Source: Phoronis australis
Taxonomy: Eukaryota > Animalia > Phoronida
Length of the DNA: 64,000 nucleotides
NCBI GenBank assembly: GCA_002633005.1
Contig: NMRA01000057.1
Span: forward strand, 811,499 to 875,498
Reading direction: 5' to 3'
Below, one piece after another: positions 48,416-62,344 of this stretch (the first letter of the stretch is position 1; every line of letters starts with the position of its first letter). Made by a program: the position numbers and the translations under genes. The notes under the pieces were generated by a model. That model was given only the letters and a program-made list of their open reading frames with translations. It was not told the DNA's origin and did not search any database.

Positions 48416-49328
48416 GTTTGTATATTATAGAAAACTTGCTGGCATGAATCAGGTTTGTATAGTATAGAAAACTGGGTTTTCCTCCAATAATCGAAAACAT
48501 GAAATTCATGGAAGGTTGACCTCTTTTGCAGAAATTTTATACATTTCGTATGGAATTTCCTTATTTCTGTAGCAGAGACCATAGTTATATTTTTATTACC
48601 AAAACAAAGAATATAATCCATCAAATTTGATTATTAACAAATTGATCGACGATCGCTTTGCACAGCTGATGTGTGTAAGTAAATGTCCATTATTTCTGAA
48701 TGTGGCATAGTTCTTTTTCCGGCTTTGAGCAACGAAAAACGTGGCAGTTGTCAGTAAACTGAAGCTGCGGCATAATTCAATGAAAAAATTAGAAGGTGGA
48801 AATGGAGCTATTAAGCACTGGCCTTTAATTTTTTTTTTTTGAAAATGGGATTGACTTGGATCAACAGTTTGTGTTAATCTGGATCAATAGTCAGAGTTTA
48901 TCTGAATTAAAAATTGGGTGTAACGGCTAGAAAATGTTATCCGTGTTACACATAAAAAATTAACAAATTGTGTACCTGTAGTCTGCAAACATGGTGCTGG
49001 TTGAGAGCTGCAGGCAAGCCAGCAGTTTGGCATTTGGCATCTGAAATGAGCAGCAAGAAATATACAGAATTTTGAGGAAGCTAAACATGCTGTCTGGGCA
49101 AGTTCCGTATGAATCTGATCAGTCATTTCTGAGATACTTCATGTATGATGTTCCAAAGTTTGCCAAATTTAACTGTTTTTATAGGGTCCTTCATAACCTT
49201 AAGGTATTGTAAAGATGCCCAACAACACCCTTGCACTTGATTAGGTTGAGCTGTGTCCGCTTAGTTCTAATGGTTTTCAAAATGTCTTTTCTTTTGCAGT
49301 GTAATATTGCGCGTGACTTTTATTGTAG

Positions 49329-49577
<249 letters not shown>

Positions 49578-50370
49578 TAGGTATCTTATGGGAAATATAG
49601 CGAAACAACCTCACTGTTTTTTCTCTGCCACTATGATGTATAATACCTAAAGTGACTAACTCAAAGGTACTGATTAATTTAAAAAAGGAAATAGTGTATA
49701 CTAGTCCTTATTCGATTCATTCTAATGTGTTTTATTTGTATATATTCTGTGTCTTAATGAAGTGTTTGTAGTAAGCCCTGAGAAAGAACAGTTGTCATGA
49801 ATTGGGCTACCCACTTTAAATAAATCTGAACGAAAGTGAACTAAATTAACCAACATAACGGGATATTATCAGTCGAGAAAATGTGACAAGAACTGGGGGC
49901 CTCCCAGTAAGCTTGCATGTCATATCATGAACTTAGTGCCCATTGCAGTTAGCGCTTATCTCACCAACATGTTCAAATGTGAATACTCTTCCTGTTCACT
50001 TGTCTCCTATGCCAACATGTTAAAATGAGAACACTTAACATGTTCATTTGTCTATCACATCAACAAACTCTACCTGTTCATTTGTCCATCACGTCAATAA
50101 ACTCTACCTGTTCATTTGTCTAACATGCTCTAGTGTGAACCCACTAGCTACCTGTTCATTTGTCTCTCACATAGCCATCAGTTATCTTCACTTTTTCTCT
50201 GACTGGCATTAAACAATATATGGCTAGTGGGAATAATCAGCATTGATAGGGTGTTAATGTTTATTTCACCTAAATCTGAATACAATCTAATAATGGTAAA
50301 TTCACTGGGACAGGCTTCACGGTTTGTGGTCTCCTAGCTTTGTAAATGTTTCGCTGATCTTTTGTTTTAG

Positions 50371-50516
50371 CGGGAATGTTGTACATGGTGCTGGGAGTAC
50401 CTGACCAAGCGGTTGAAGATGCCTGAGGAGCGACTCTATGTGACCTACTTTGGAGGGGATGAGTCTATGGGTCTGGAACCCGATGTAGAAACAAGGGATA
50501 TCTGGATCAGCTTGGG
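50371..50516 (+). CDS. AARS1: Alanyl-tRNA synthetase coding exon 3
   Basis: RECCTWCWEYLT...ERLYVTYFGGD...IWISLG; phase 0-2. Confidence 0.95.
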
Positions 50517-51345
50517 GTAGGTTGTCTTGTGTGTAGGGAGGGAGCCAGAGTTTGAGACCTTGGCCATGTGGATCACTTTGGGGTTAGTGTGCCAGTCTTG
50601 TGTCTGTGTGCGTGTATATGGCAGTACTCTTTGATCTAGTTTGACTGAGTGACATAGCTGAGAAAAGTTTGGGTGTATTCATCACTCAAATATTGATGCT
50701 CTGGGTTCCTGACATGTGTTCAGAAGGCGTTGAGTCATTGCAGATTCCCCAGGAGATATAAGATATAAGGCCTCTCAGGTAAAAATAAACATGTTTACCA
50801 TCCCCGCCTGCCGCTAGAAAATGTACTGCTCTGGTTTTTAGAGAATTGTGTGTCAACAAAAACTGTTGGCAGTACGAGATGTATTCACAAAGAGTACACA
50901 ATGTTGCCATGTTTTGTAGGCATCGTGCCAAAGAATCTGTATCCAATCATAATGTCGGCGTTTTTCTCTGGCATAGGCAATATACACATGCAATATTCAA
51001 AAAGAGTTCATTCGAACTGTTCCACTTCACCCGAGCATACTTCTTGGAAACTTTGGAACCGTGTAAAATGGGTTCTCAGGTGCACTGAATAACAGATATG
51101 TTTGATAAATAAATTGCTGTGGCATACAATGAAAGTGCACGGCTTACTGTGTTGTTGGTAAGCATCACTTCAAATAACAGGACTACGCTGATAACCTGCT
51201 AACTAGGACGCGACTGCTTCAGATGCAACACAAAGCGCGACTCAAATGTAATTCCACTTCATTACCGTTTTGAAAATAATTTAATATCCTTTTATCTAAT
51301 TGTTTGAATGTAATATCCTTCTAATGTTAATCCCCTCCTATGCAG

Positions 51346-51537
51346 TCTGCCTCCTGACCGTGTATTACCATTTGGAATGAAAGATAACTTCTGGGAGATG
51401 GGTGACACTGGCCCCTGTGGACCATGCACAGAGATTCACTTTGATCGCATTGGTGGCCGTGACGCTAGCCACCTGGTGAACATGGATGTGCCAGAGGTGT
51501 TGGAGGTCTGGAATCTTGTCTTCATTCAGTTCAACAG
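51346..51537 (+). CDS. AARS1: Alanyl-tRNA synthetase coding exon 4
   Basis: [29 protein letters not shown]...[12 protein letters not shown]; phase 2-2. Confidence 0.97.
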
Positions 51538-51569
51538 GTACACAGAAGCTTAATCAGATAAATAAGTCA

Positions 51570-51945
51570 CATAACTTTTATATCACATATCTTAATAACA
51601 TGTATACCACATATCTTAACAATACATATATCACATGTCTAACAGCACATGCATCTCATATCATAACAACACAATATATCGCAAATTCTAACACATTTTA
51701 CATCTTTTAACAGCACATATATCTTATATCTTAACAGCACATATATCTTATATCTTAACGGCACATATATCTCATATCCTAGCAATATTTATCACGAATT
51801 CTACCTGCACATTTGTCGCATATCCTAACAGCACATATGACATATCCTAACAACGCATGTATCAAATATCCTTACAACTCATATATCACATATCCTAACA
51901 ATGCACATATCACATATCCTAACAATACATGTATCGCATATCCAG
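51570..51945 (+). repeat. Intronic ~21-22-bp minisatellite (atatcacatatcctaacaacac)
   Basis: More than 15 diverged units. Confidence 0.85.
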
Positions 51946-52234
51946 GCATCACATCAATCTGGAGACCATGAGACATATAAAACAAGCTAAATCTTGCTGT
52001 TGCATAGTTAGTGTATGCAGTAAATCTAGATTTATTCAGTCCGTAAAATTAGTATGAAAATGTGACAGATTGGCTGGCATAGTAGCATTTGTTTCATGTC
52101 GGACATGTAAAATACAAAACGATAAATACAATATTGAATTAGGGAAAGACTTTACAGTAAACCTTAGATAGAGGGTTTTGGTGATGTGTTGCAAGTCGGT
52201 CAATGGTTATCTCAAACCTTGAATGAAGTTACTA

Positions 52235-52674
52235 CCGGGATTTTCCGTAGATAAGCCCACCCGATGAAACATCCATGGGCGTTTGTTTGGAAAATTATGC
52301 CAAATACACGCCCATGGGCGTTTATTTGGTGTTACAACTTGTGGTATCAAGTGTACTGCCAGTGGGATGTTCATTTGGAAATTTTCCTCTTAAAAGTCCA
52401 CTCAGCGTCAACTTTTATCACAAATTCAGTTTTGTGGAGCATTTATCATTTATAAAAAACGAACAAGGCGTTGGCGAGCTATGCATTTATTAACAAAAAA
52501 TTTTAAAAACGCTGTTTTATTTTAAAAAGTGTCAAGTCAAGCAAAACTATGACTTTACGTTTACACGCCCCTTTTCCGAATACACGCCCGGGCGTTTATT
52601 TGATGTTGCTAAAACGCCTGAAAATTTTCATTTTCCGAATAAACACCCATGGGCTTATCTACGGAAATTCCCGG
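52235..52674. mobile_element. Tc1/mariner-pogo-type MITE with TA target duplication
   Basis: TA|CCGGGATTTTCCGTAGATAAGCCCA ... TGGGCTTATCTACGGAAATTCCCGG|TA; internal cccatgggcgttt repeats. Confidence 0.85.
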
Positions 52675-53514
52675 TAATATGGTTCAACCTTTCAGAGCCC
52701 AGAATTTCGTTGCGATTCACTAAATGCCTGGTATAAAAAATAACTTCTTTTTTGTCAAAATTTTGCTCCACATGTACTCGGCAGTCTGTAGCACACCCTT
52801 GACAAAGAGCGCATCACTCGATACGTGGGGATATTTTAATATATTTTAGTACCGACGCTCGTCATTTTAGTTTTACTAGTTTTACTATAATTTTATCTAC
52901 CAATTGTCTTGAAATTTGCACACAAATTATGGCTGCTCATTAGTTCAAAGTTCACTGTCGTGGTCATTATGGTACCCAAGAGTTAGTGTCTTCATTGACA
53001 GTATCACTTGATTAAAGTTCAATGGAAAGCGACATGCTTTTTGGTGTGGGTACGAATAAGCAATCGTCATAGCATATTAAAAGATTGAAAGTGAACCTTA
53101 AAATGCATCAAATCAATACTTAGACTGAACGTGAACCCTAACGTGCATTAAATTAATACATAGATTGAAAGTGAGCCTTAAAATGCATTGCATTTATAGT
53201 ACGTAGGTTAGCATGTGTTCTACACACAACCTAATCAAGACACACCCCATCTGATCACCGTGACATTAAATCTCACAATCTTATAAGTCTGATTTCATGT
53301 CCACAAGATGACTGTGGTGTCACCAGATGTTTGTGACCTGACAACCTTCCCATAATTCATTTGAAAAACGACAGCAAAGCCATGAGAGGAAATCCCACGA
53401 ATTGAAGATTGATGAGTCCAGAAACCTGGCTTAGAAGTTTGCACTGTTGTTAAATTCTTTGGACATTGGTTCCTTACTTCTAACAAGGGTTTTCTGTTCA
53501 TTTCTGTTATACAG

Positions 53515-53659
53515 GGAGAACGAGACTACTCTAAAGCTGTTACCAAAGAAACATGTAGACTGTGGTATGGGCCTGGAGCGCCTTGTCTCCGTTGTTCAGG
53601 GCAAGATGTCCAACTATGATACAGACTTTTTTGTTCCCTTTTTTGAGGCTATTTGCAAG
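53515..53659 (+). CDS. AARS1: Alanyl-tRNA synthetase coding exon 5
   Basis: [31 protein letters not shown] (class II motif 3); phase 2-0. Confidence 0.97.
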
Positions 53660-54175
53660 GTAAGTGTTGAACTTGTACCTGCGAGAGAGCATTTCACATG
53701 GGACTAAAGAGTCTGTGTATGGGTAGTTAATTTAGTTGTTGAAGAGTCAACGTGTATAGGTGAATAATTTAGTTGATAAAGAGTCAACGTGTATAGGTGA
53801 ATAATTTAGTTGATAAAGAAAGAAATTAAATGATTTGAGGCAGCAATGTTTCTCTCGTGCTCCCTTTAGAACTTTTATAGAGGAAGGCAACTGGTTTCAG
53901 TGTCATTTTTGGTTAAATTGCAATTTTCTGGTTCTCCAAGATAGGTTTTCAAGGTTCTGAAAATTCTCCGTGTTCCAATAAATTATGCATGTACCACTTC
54001 GTAAGTGAGGGTCGTGGCCTGAATCCTTGCCCATCTGTTTCTGTGACGATTCGTTGACTTGTACATCTTTTGATTGTATACTACTTTCCAAAAATTGCTT
54101 CGCAATAATTCTTTGCCTTCGACGATTACTGAGATTGAACTAGAACTCAGGTGATTGGTATTTAGTCACTGTTTG

Positions 54176-54543
54176 GTCTGTAGTGGACGGGAAATGGCTG
54201 TAGTAGACAGGAAATTGCTGTAGTGGACAGGAAATGGCTGTAGTGGATAGTAAATGGCTGTAGTGGACAGGAAATGGCTGTAGTGGAAGGAAATGGCTGT
54301 AGTGGACAGGAAATGGCTGTAGTGGACAGGAAATGACTGTAGTGGACAGGAAATGGCTGTAGTGGACAGTAAATGACTGTTGTAGTGGACAGTAAATGGC
54401 TGTTGTAGTGGACAGGAAATGACTGTAGTGGGCAGGAAATGGCTGTAGTGAACAGTAAATGGCTGTTGTAGTGGACAGGAAATGGCTGTAGTNAGGAAAT
54501 GGCTGTTGTGGACAGGAAATGGCTGTTGTGGACAGGAAATGGC
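54176..54543 (+). repeat. 20-bp minisatellite ctgtagtggacaggaaatgg
   Basis: About 17 units, with an N at 54493. Confidence 0.95.
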
Positions 54544-55453
54544 AAGCTGAGGTACTCAGTGACCCATGCGTAATTAATGGAACCCATGGAATTGATTGTC
54601 TTGAAATTTGACTTATGATAACCAGAAAATAGTAATTTAACCAAAAAAGACACTATAACAGTTGCTTTCCACTTCAAACAATAAGTGAAATAAGGAAACT
54701 ACCAAAAGGAACTGCAATAGTAATGAATTATGTACCAAGTGAAAGCTGCTCTACGAGGCATCAAAAGTCTAGAGAATGGAACACCTTTTTACGCTCCCAC
54801 ATGTAGTTATGCTGTCCGGCATCCACTGCTGTATGTGCAACAGCCCTGAATGATGTTCGAAAAATTTTGTAGACGTGTTCTATCATGGATGGGACAACGT
54901 GTCTTGAGCGAAATTTCAGCAGCCTAAAAGCATTCGTAGAACCTCTTTGAGGTTGGTAGATTCATGAAATTGAAGAAAAAAATCTTATTGAAATTACAGA
55001 GACAGAGACACCTGGTGGCTGCCTAAAGTATTGCTCACAGGTGTCTTTGAAAAGCAAGTTCATGGTAACTGACACGAGCTGTGACCTCACATGGAATTTT
55101 TCTGCACCCACAAAAACTTTTGTGGTCACTGAAAGTCGGCATCCCGTTCTTCTGGCTGTCGGTCAGTCCATCTGTTGTTATTTCTTGTCCGTCAATTATC
55201 CCAAGAACCACTTGGCGTATCATGATGAAATTTGGTGTAGAGATACTTAACGGAAACTTCTGGATTATGTGATTTCTTAACTGCTGACCTGGGCCGAGCT
55301 TCTTAGATGCAAGACTGCAGCCAGAAGTTAGTATGATCACATGTTTGGGGATGTGTCGTGATTTTGCGTTTTCATCCATGATATGCTGGCTCGCTGGAAC
55401 ATCAAACTACATTATGGCTGGTGTGTGTGTGAAATGGCGTCAATCTGTTCTAA

Positions 55454-55636
<183 letters not shown>

Positions 55637-55911
55637 TGAGTAAATCAACTTGATCTGATGTAATAATGCGGTATAAAATATTGGGATTTACTCGTCCTGT
55701 TAATAATCTTTCAGATAGCAAGTTACATTTGACTGCTACCTACATGTCAATGAATCTATATTCTATGAACTTAAAATCAACCTTTCAGTTGTCTTCACTA
55801 ACCTCAGTCCTGGCACTAATTGGATAGAATAGACAACACACAAATGCTCTGACTGGTTAGTCTTAACATTTGCATGCACGTGTTGGGAATTATGCTTCAT
55901 AATTCATTTAG

Positions 55912-56059
55912 GTATGTGTTGAGACGTATCCTGCGGCGTGCTGTTAGATACGGCACTGAAAAGCTGAATGCAAAGCCAGGCTTCTTTGCCACACTGGTTG
56001 ATGTTGTCATAGAGACTCTGGGGGATGCATTTCCTGAAGTTAAAAAAGATCCTGAGCTG
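55912..56059 (+). CDS. AARS1: Alanyl-tRNA synthetase coding exon 7
   Basis: [13 protein letters not shown]...[14 protein letters not shown]; phase 2-0. Confidence 0.97.
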
Positions 56060-57487
56060 GTGAGCAAATTTTTATAACAATTCATGACTCAAACCATATG
56101 TCAAGCTTGTATGCCACATTTTTAAGTTGCTGACACTATATGTGAAGAAGAAACTTTAAAAGATTTTGTGGGGCAACTTAAGGATGCAGTTGATCGTGGT
56201 GATCTTGGCGTAATTAGCAAGGTCACTCCGAGAAAACTAAGTTTTGACCAGAAAAATGTTGTAGTCCTAATGTCTGAAGAGGATAGCTTTAGATTTTTGT
56301 CATATTTCTTAAAAGGTGAAGATGGGGCATCTTCAGGAGTCAGTTGTTTTTAGTAACCTTGGCATTGTTTTCAAGGTAGCAAGAAAAATAAAACTTTTAC
56401 TTTGGAAATGTTGTTGCAAGATATGTATATTTCTTACTTGGTGAAGTAAAATTCCTCTTTGTCATAAAATCGGACTTACTGTTGTTTCCTTCCTCCCTTT
56501 CTACCTCCCCCTCCCTCTCCAACCATTTTTGGTGATCTTGTTTTCGTTTTCGATGTCATGAGTTGAACATCAAGAGTTGACTTGGAAAATGTTGGCAAGA
56601 TATCTCTACAGGACTCGATTTGGCAACACGCAGCTTGGCTTGCCAATGCAACCTCAGACTTTTTGGCGACCTGGTAAAAACCTCAAGTTGCCACAAAGTT
56701 GCCTTGCATGCATACGAATATGTGCTCAAAAACCACTGAAAGTAAACAGGCGGGAGTTGTAAATGATCTGCAAAAACTGTAAAGGTCCATTCATGACTCG
56801 CACTCAAACAGCATATCCTGACCATTTGTGGAGGCCAGTACTTCCACCCCTCCCCCTCCATAAGGGGCTTCCTTGATTTGGTGAGTTCATATCCTGTTTG
56901 GCAACCCGGGAGTTTTGCCTGATCACATTTGCAGAGTTGAGATCATGTAACCTATGGGCCCTGTTCTAGAAAGGAAATGTTACTTTTGTTCATATTTTGT
57001 ATCAAGGTGTAGGTGGGTCATTTTGGTGACCTAGTCACAGGAAAATCAAATTTTGACATCTCAAGTAATTACATTTTGTTCATAGTTTGTGGGTGTCGCT
57101 TGATAGTCCGAAGGTGTGCTAGTCTGAAGGTCTGAAGTTTTATGCCTTCATAGGTCCGAAAGTTAATAAGTGTGATGGTTAAATGTTTGTTTTAGTTTGA
57201 ACTTTCTATTTGATGACCATGATGTTGGGACATGTTAGAGGAAGGGCAGTCCTTCTTGCGCTGATATTGCCAAAACAAATTCTTTTCATTCTATGAGTAA
57301 AGTATACTTGCATTGAACATCACAACTGTCCATTACTGATAATCTCATTTGATAAGGTTGTGTGCTAACTGTTTTGAAATTTAAAGTAAAGTAGCGTTCC
57401 ATCATAGAAGTGTAAGCCACTTACTGCTGTGATTTTGTGTTATTTGTCAGTAAGGTAGTAGTTTTGTACAATATTGTTCACTTTCAG

Positions 57488-57599
57488 GTAAAAGAAATAA
57501 TCAATGAAGAGGAAGCACAGTTCTTGAAGACGTTATCTCGTGGTCATCGCATGCTTGAGAGGCACATGCTGAAGATTGGGGAGACAAAGCTGCTGCCAG
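57488..57599 (+). CDS. AARS1: Alanyl-tRNA synthetase coding exon 8
   Basis: [19 protein letters not shown]...KLLP; phase 0-1. Confidence 0.96.
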
Positions 57600-57774
57600 G
57601 TACTTAATAGTGACTCTCTCTCCCAGACTTTATGTGAACAACTGTCTCTTATAATACAGTGTCATTGCTTTGTCTAATTTCAATACTTTCCAGTTTAGTT
57701 CGAAAACTATGTTGTGTTGTAAAGGGGCAGAATACCTGTAGATTGAAACTGGTAAACATAACCACCTGTTGCAG

Positions 57775-57899
57775 GTGAGGTTGCCTGGCGCCTGTATGAC
57801 ACTTATGGTTTTCCTGTTGATCTGACGGAGTTGATGGTTGAGGAGAAGGGACTGCATGTGGATATGAAGGGCTACGAGGAGGCCAAACAGGACGCTCAG
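57775..57899 (+). CDS. AARS1: Alanyl-tRNA synthetase coding exon 9
   Basis: [26 protein letters not shown]...AQ; phase 1-0. Confidence 0.97.
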
Positions 57900-57964
57900 G
57901 TGGGTAGTGCAGCTAACCTGCAACCTTCTAGTAACAGATAATACTTCAACTCTGCAGCTTCAGT

Positions 57965-60900
57965 TTCATTTTGATATGCCCACATTTACGTGTGGGTGCA
58001 TATTGCTGTCATCTCTGCCCAAGTGACCGGTTTCCTCTGCTTTATCTCTTAAACCCTTGCAAGATATTCATTAATTTTGACAGATTTGATCCCATAAAGC
58101 TGAAACAGATGATGACGGTTTTCAGACGGATCCGACATCCGACTACTGCTGTAGTTTTGAGCTTTTTATTGTTGTTTGGGGTAAAAGAATTTCTGTATGC
58201 TATCCAGGTAACCGATAGATGGATTTCAATCAAACTTGACAGTTTTTTATGCATCCACATCATTATGTTTGGTCGCATATTGCCGTCATCTCTGTCTGGG
58301 CGTCCGTCTGTCTGGCGTCCGCAGCTGTATCTCCTAAACCCCTCACAGGATCTTGATGCGATTTGTCAGATGTGTTCCTATGAAGATGACGACGGATCAG
58401 GACAAATTTTGGACCTCTCCGACTACCGGTGTGCCCCCTAGTGGCAATTTTATTTTTTACGCTTTATCTTCGGAGGTCCTCGGACAGATTTTCACAAAAT
58501 ATGGCAGTTCAGCATCTATTAGTGAGATGATGTCATCCGTTTTCGGACGGATTCGAGGTACTTTGCACCACCTAGTGGCTATATTTTTACTGCTTCGGAG
58601 TCTATTTTTTGGCGTCTACCCTGCTATCAACCAAACCTCTCTAGGATGATTTTGAAAATTGGCATATAAGTTCTTACTGTGAAGAATGTGGCTGCCGATG
58701 ATTTTCCAACAACTTCGACTACTGTGACGCCGCCTAGTGGTAGTTATGTTTGTTTTTGCGTCCATGGCTGTATCTCCTAAATCCTCTGCAGGATCTTTAT
58801 TGAATTTTGCTGGAAAATTTATATCAAGTTGACAACAGAGGATGACTACTTTTGGACGGATCGCACTACCATGGTGCCCCCTAGTGGCAATTTTAGGGTT
58901 TTTTTTGCTTTTACCTCTGTATCTTCAAAGGTTGTCAACGGATTTTCATAAAATTTGGCAGATAGGCATCTGTTAGTGAGGAGACGCTATCATCCAATTT
59001 TCGGTTGAATTCAAGGCATTTTGTACCACCTAGTGGCCATTTTTACTCTTTTCGAGTCTGTTTTTTGGCATCTGCCCCTCTGTTAACTAAACCACTCTAA
59101 GAATGATTGTGGAACTTGGCATGTATGTTCCTAGTGTGAAGAGGAGGGCTGACGATGCTTTTCAACGACCTCAATTTCTGTGGCGTCTCCTAGTGGCAGG
59201 TTTTTTACGCCCATGGCTGTATCTTTATTGAATTTAGCAAGTGTATTAATATGAACTTGACAACAAAAGACGACTTTTGAACGGATCGGACTACCGGTGT
59301 GTCCCCTAGTGGCAATTTTAGTTCTTTAATTTTACCTCTGTATCTTCAAAAGTCCCCAACGTATTTTCATAAAATTTGGCAGATAGGCACCTATTAGTGA
59401 GTTGGCGCTATCCGCTGGTTTTCGGTTTGATTCGTGGTATGTTGCACCACCTAGTGGCCATTTTTACTGTTTTGAAGTCCTGTTATTTGGCATCTGCCTC
59501 TCTGTCAACCAAACCACTCTAAGGATGGTTGTGGAAATTGGCATGCTTGTTCCCAATGTGGAGAAGAACTCTGATGATGATTTTCTGACGACTTCATTTA
59601 CTGTGGTGCCTCTTAGTGGCAGTTATGTTTTTTGTGTCGATAGCCTCATAGTGGCTATTTCTTTTTTTGTTTTCCTCGATTTCTCAGAAGTTCCTTGACA
59701 GATTTTTATGAAATTTGGTAAATAGCTTTGATGATGCATACCAGTTTTGGGATATATTCTGTGTATTTTGCGCTATCAAGTGGCCATTTTTATGTTCCAA
59801 ATAAACACCTCTAGAAGTACACCATTGTGGTGCATTCATGGGTGCCTTTCAACGCTCAGCGTTGCTCTTGTTGTAAGGACTATGTGCATTCACTGTCAAT
59901 TTCGGCACGTTGGACTTCTTAAACACCTTGAAGTCATGGCCATTTTGGTTGGAACACGGATCATTTTCAGTTCTGTTTGGGAAAAGCATGTTCCAATTAT
60001 ATTTAGAGAATCAGTGGATGGATTTCAAGAAGCTTGTATGTGATGGTAATGTGCTGAGCGGATTTGACTGCTGCAGTACCCCATACTGGCCATTTTGTTT
60101 TCAACCAAGGGTTTTTTCTGCATTTTTAGTTGTAAGAACACTTTCTAGATAATGTCTAATGAGATTGGTGGATTTGAATGAAACTTGACACAGTGGCCAG
60201 TGTGCTATGACCAGATGAGTGTTGGGTAGATCCGACTACTGTAGCATCCCCCAGTGGCAGCTTCGGAATTAACAAGGTTTTTTCAGTATTTTGACTTTAA
60301 GAACATTTCCAAATGATGTCTATACAATCAATTGACAGATTTCTATGAAACCTGACACACAGTTGTGTATTAAAAGCAATACATCAGCACCAGTCAATTT
60401 TTTGGACGGATTTAACTATTGTGGCCATTTCGTCCAGTTGTCTTGTTATCAAGGTTTGTGCACGATATTTCAAAAACCAGTATTTGGACATCCTTGACAA
60501 AGGTGTTGAGCATCTTTAAGGTGTTTCCTGTCTCTTCATTGTGCTCCGTCCACCGGGCTTATCTGTGTTTTTGGGGAAATAGTATTTCCGGAACCAATGG
60601 ATTTCAAGGAAACTTGACACAGAGGTATATAATGACAATGTGCGGGAACTAATTTTGATATTTCGGTGAATTTGACTACTGCAGCATCTTCTTGTGGCCA
60701 TTTTGATCTTGATAAGCTGCTGGTAAGTGTTTTTAATGAGGAACGTTTCTGGATGATATCTAGACAGTCAACCAATTTACGATGAAACTTGACCTATTTG
60801 TTCTCAATAACAGCATGACTGATACTTGAACAGATCAGATTACTATTAAAAAGCAACACCCATTACATAACGTGTTTAAATCCTGCTTGCGAGTCACACC

Positions 60901-61180
60901 GTGGGTGCTGCTTTTCTGTTACTTGTACCTTGGCTTTGTGTTTAAATCCTGCTTGCGAGTCACACCGTGGGTGCTGCTTTTCTGTTACTTGTACATTGGC
61001 TTTGTGTTTAAATGCTGCTTGCGAGTCACACCGTGGGTGCTGCTTTTCTGTTACTTGTACCTTGGCTTCGTGCCTCATTCACAAAATACCGAGAAATTGG
61101 GAAAGCTATTTAATTTGTTGACAGTGCGCACTTGTGCAATTTCAATTCTTCCTGAATTGTCAAATAATCCATTCTTTGTG
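57965..61180 (+). mobile_element. Helentron-associated (HINE-like) element(s) carrying a long internal tandem array
   Basis: Two 5'-like modules (tatgcccac...gtgggtgcatattgctgtcatctctg at ~57975; ttttttatgcatccac...gcatattgccgtcatctctg plus gcgtccgtctgtc at ~58243), then many ~140-bp subunits ending cc-cctagtggc. Boundaries approximate. Confidence 0.55.
60872..61070 (+). repeat. 66-bp tandem repeat x3
   Basis: gtgtttaaatcctgcttgcgagtcacaccgtgggtgctgcttttctgttacttgtaccttggcttt, near-identical copies. Confidence 0.95.
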
Positions 61181-61413
61181 ATATTAAGTGACAGATTTGT
61201 ATAGCTTACTACATGAGCTGATCAGTTTAAGGGTTTCACGTTGTTTTTATGAACCTAAACTTGTGCACATGTTACAGTTGATGGTAACTTTGCTTTGCCA
61301 ACTTACACTACCTCGCCTTGTTTTGGTCAAATTGGGACGATTTTACATTGATATGTGTATTGCATGATCATGTTTGTTCAGCAATTAGATTATTTTTGAC
61401 GAGTTTTTTTCAG

Positions 61414-61558
61414 CTACGCTCTCAAGGTGTCAGTGGTGTGACTGAAGACTTGCTTGGGCTTGATGTGCACGCAATTAGTGAACTACAGAATAAAGGCTTC
61501 TCTCAAACTAATGACTCATTCAAATACAGCTACACCTCTGATGAATGTGGCAAGTACT
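61414..61558 (+). CDS. AARS1: Alanyl-tRNA synthetase coding exon 10
   Basis: LRSQG...LDVHAISELQNKG...TNDSFKYSY...GKY; donor T|GTGAGT; phase 0-1. Confidence 0.93.
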
Positions 61559-62148
61559 GTGAGTAACATTAAGTACTAGACATGCTGTGAAATGTATCAA
61601 GTGAACTGGGAGATTGGCATTCACTAGGTGTCACTAGTGAGACCATGGTCCTAGCTCTTTAAATGTATTCTGTTTGTTATGTGCGACCCTTAGGCCTTGA
61701 ATGCACATCCCGTGTTGACGCACTAATCTCTGTTCTCATCGCAAATTCTAGCTCCATCTTATGCCATCCAACAATGCATCGATGAATACCATTTTGTTTA
61801 CATCTGTCCTCTTTATTGTGCACTGAGACTTTTGCACAATATTCTGTCTTGTAATAATTCAGACCTACGAAGTTAACTTTGTTTTTCACACCCGTTCTTT
61901 GCCACTCGTTAAAAATGACTATGTGCTCTGAGCAACAACATTCAGAGTAAGTTTTGTAAAAGAAAATGAAATGTAAATTTATGAAATTTGACGTCAATTC
62001 TGACATAAATTTCTTTATTTTTTATGGCAAAGTCCAGTTTGAAAGTTGTGTAGCTCTATTATTGCCTTGACACTGTGTTTTGTTATACAATTCTATTCCA
62101 AAGTGGCAGTGACACAATGAAGTGTTGTGTATGCTTGGTTGTTTTCAG

Positions 62149-62318
62149 CATTCCCTTCAATCACTTCAACTGTCAAAGCATTGCGCTTCAACAAGCAGTT
62201 TGTTGACCAAGTGACCACTGGGCAAGCATGTGGCGTACTGTTGGACGATACTTGTTTCTACGCTGAACAAGGTGGTCAGATCTATGATGAGGGTTACATG
62301 GTGAAAGAGGATAATGAG
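62149..62318 (+). CDS. AARS1: Alanyl-tRNA synthetase coding exon 11 (gene continues beyond window)
   Basis: TVKALR...[24 protein letters not shown]; phase 1-0. Confidence 0.96.
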
Positions 62319-62344
62319 GTAGTTTAGACACTTCACAAGTAGGC

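Noticed and set aside
48661-48706. C/D-box snoRNA-like motifs in AARS1 intron 1
   Set aside because: C box imperfect and the span (~45 nt) is too short.
54162-54677. 171-aa repetitive ORF, also ORFs at 60863-61204 and 62166-62522
   Set aside because: Translations of intronic minisatellites or antisense to AARS1 exons.
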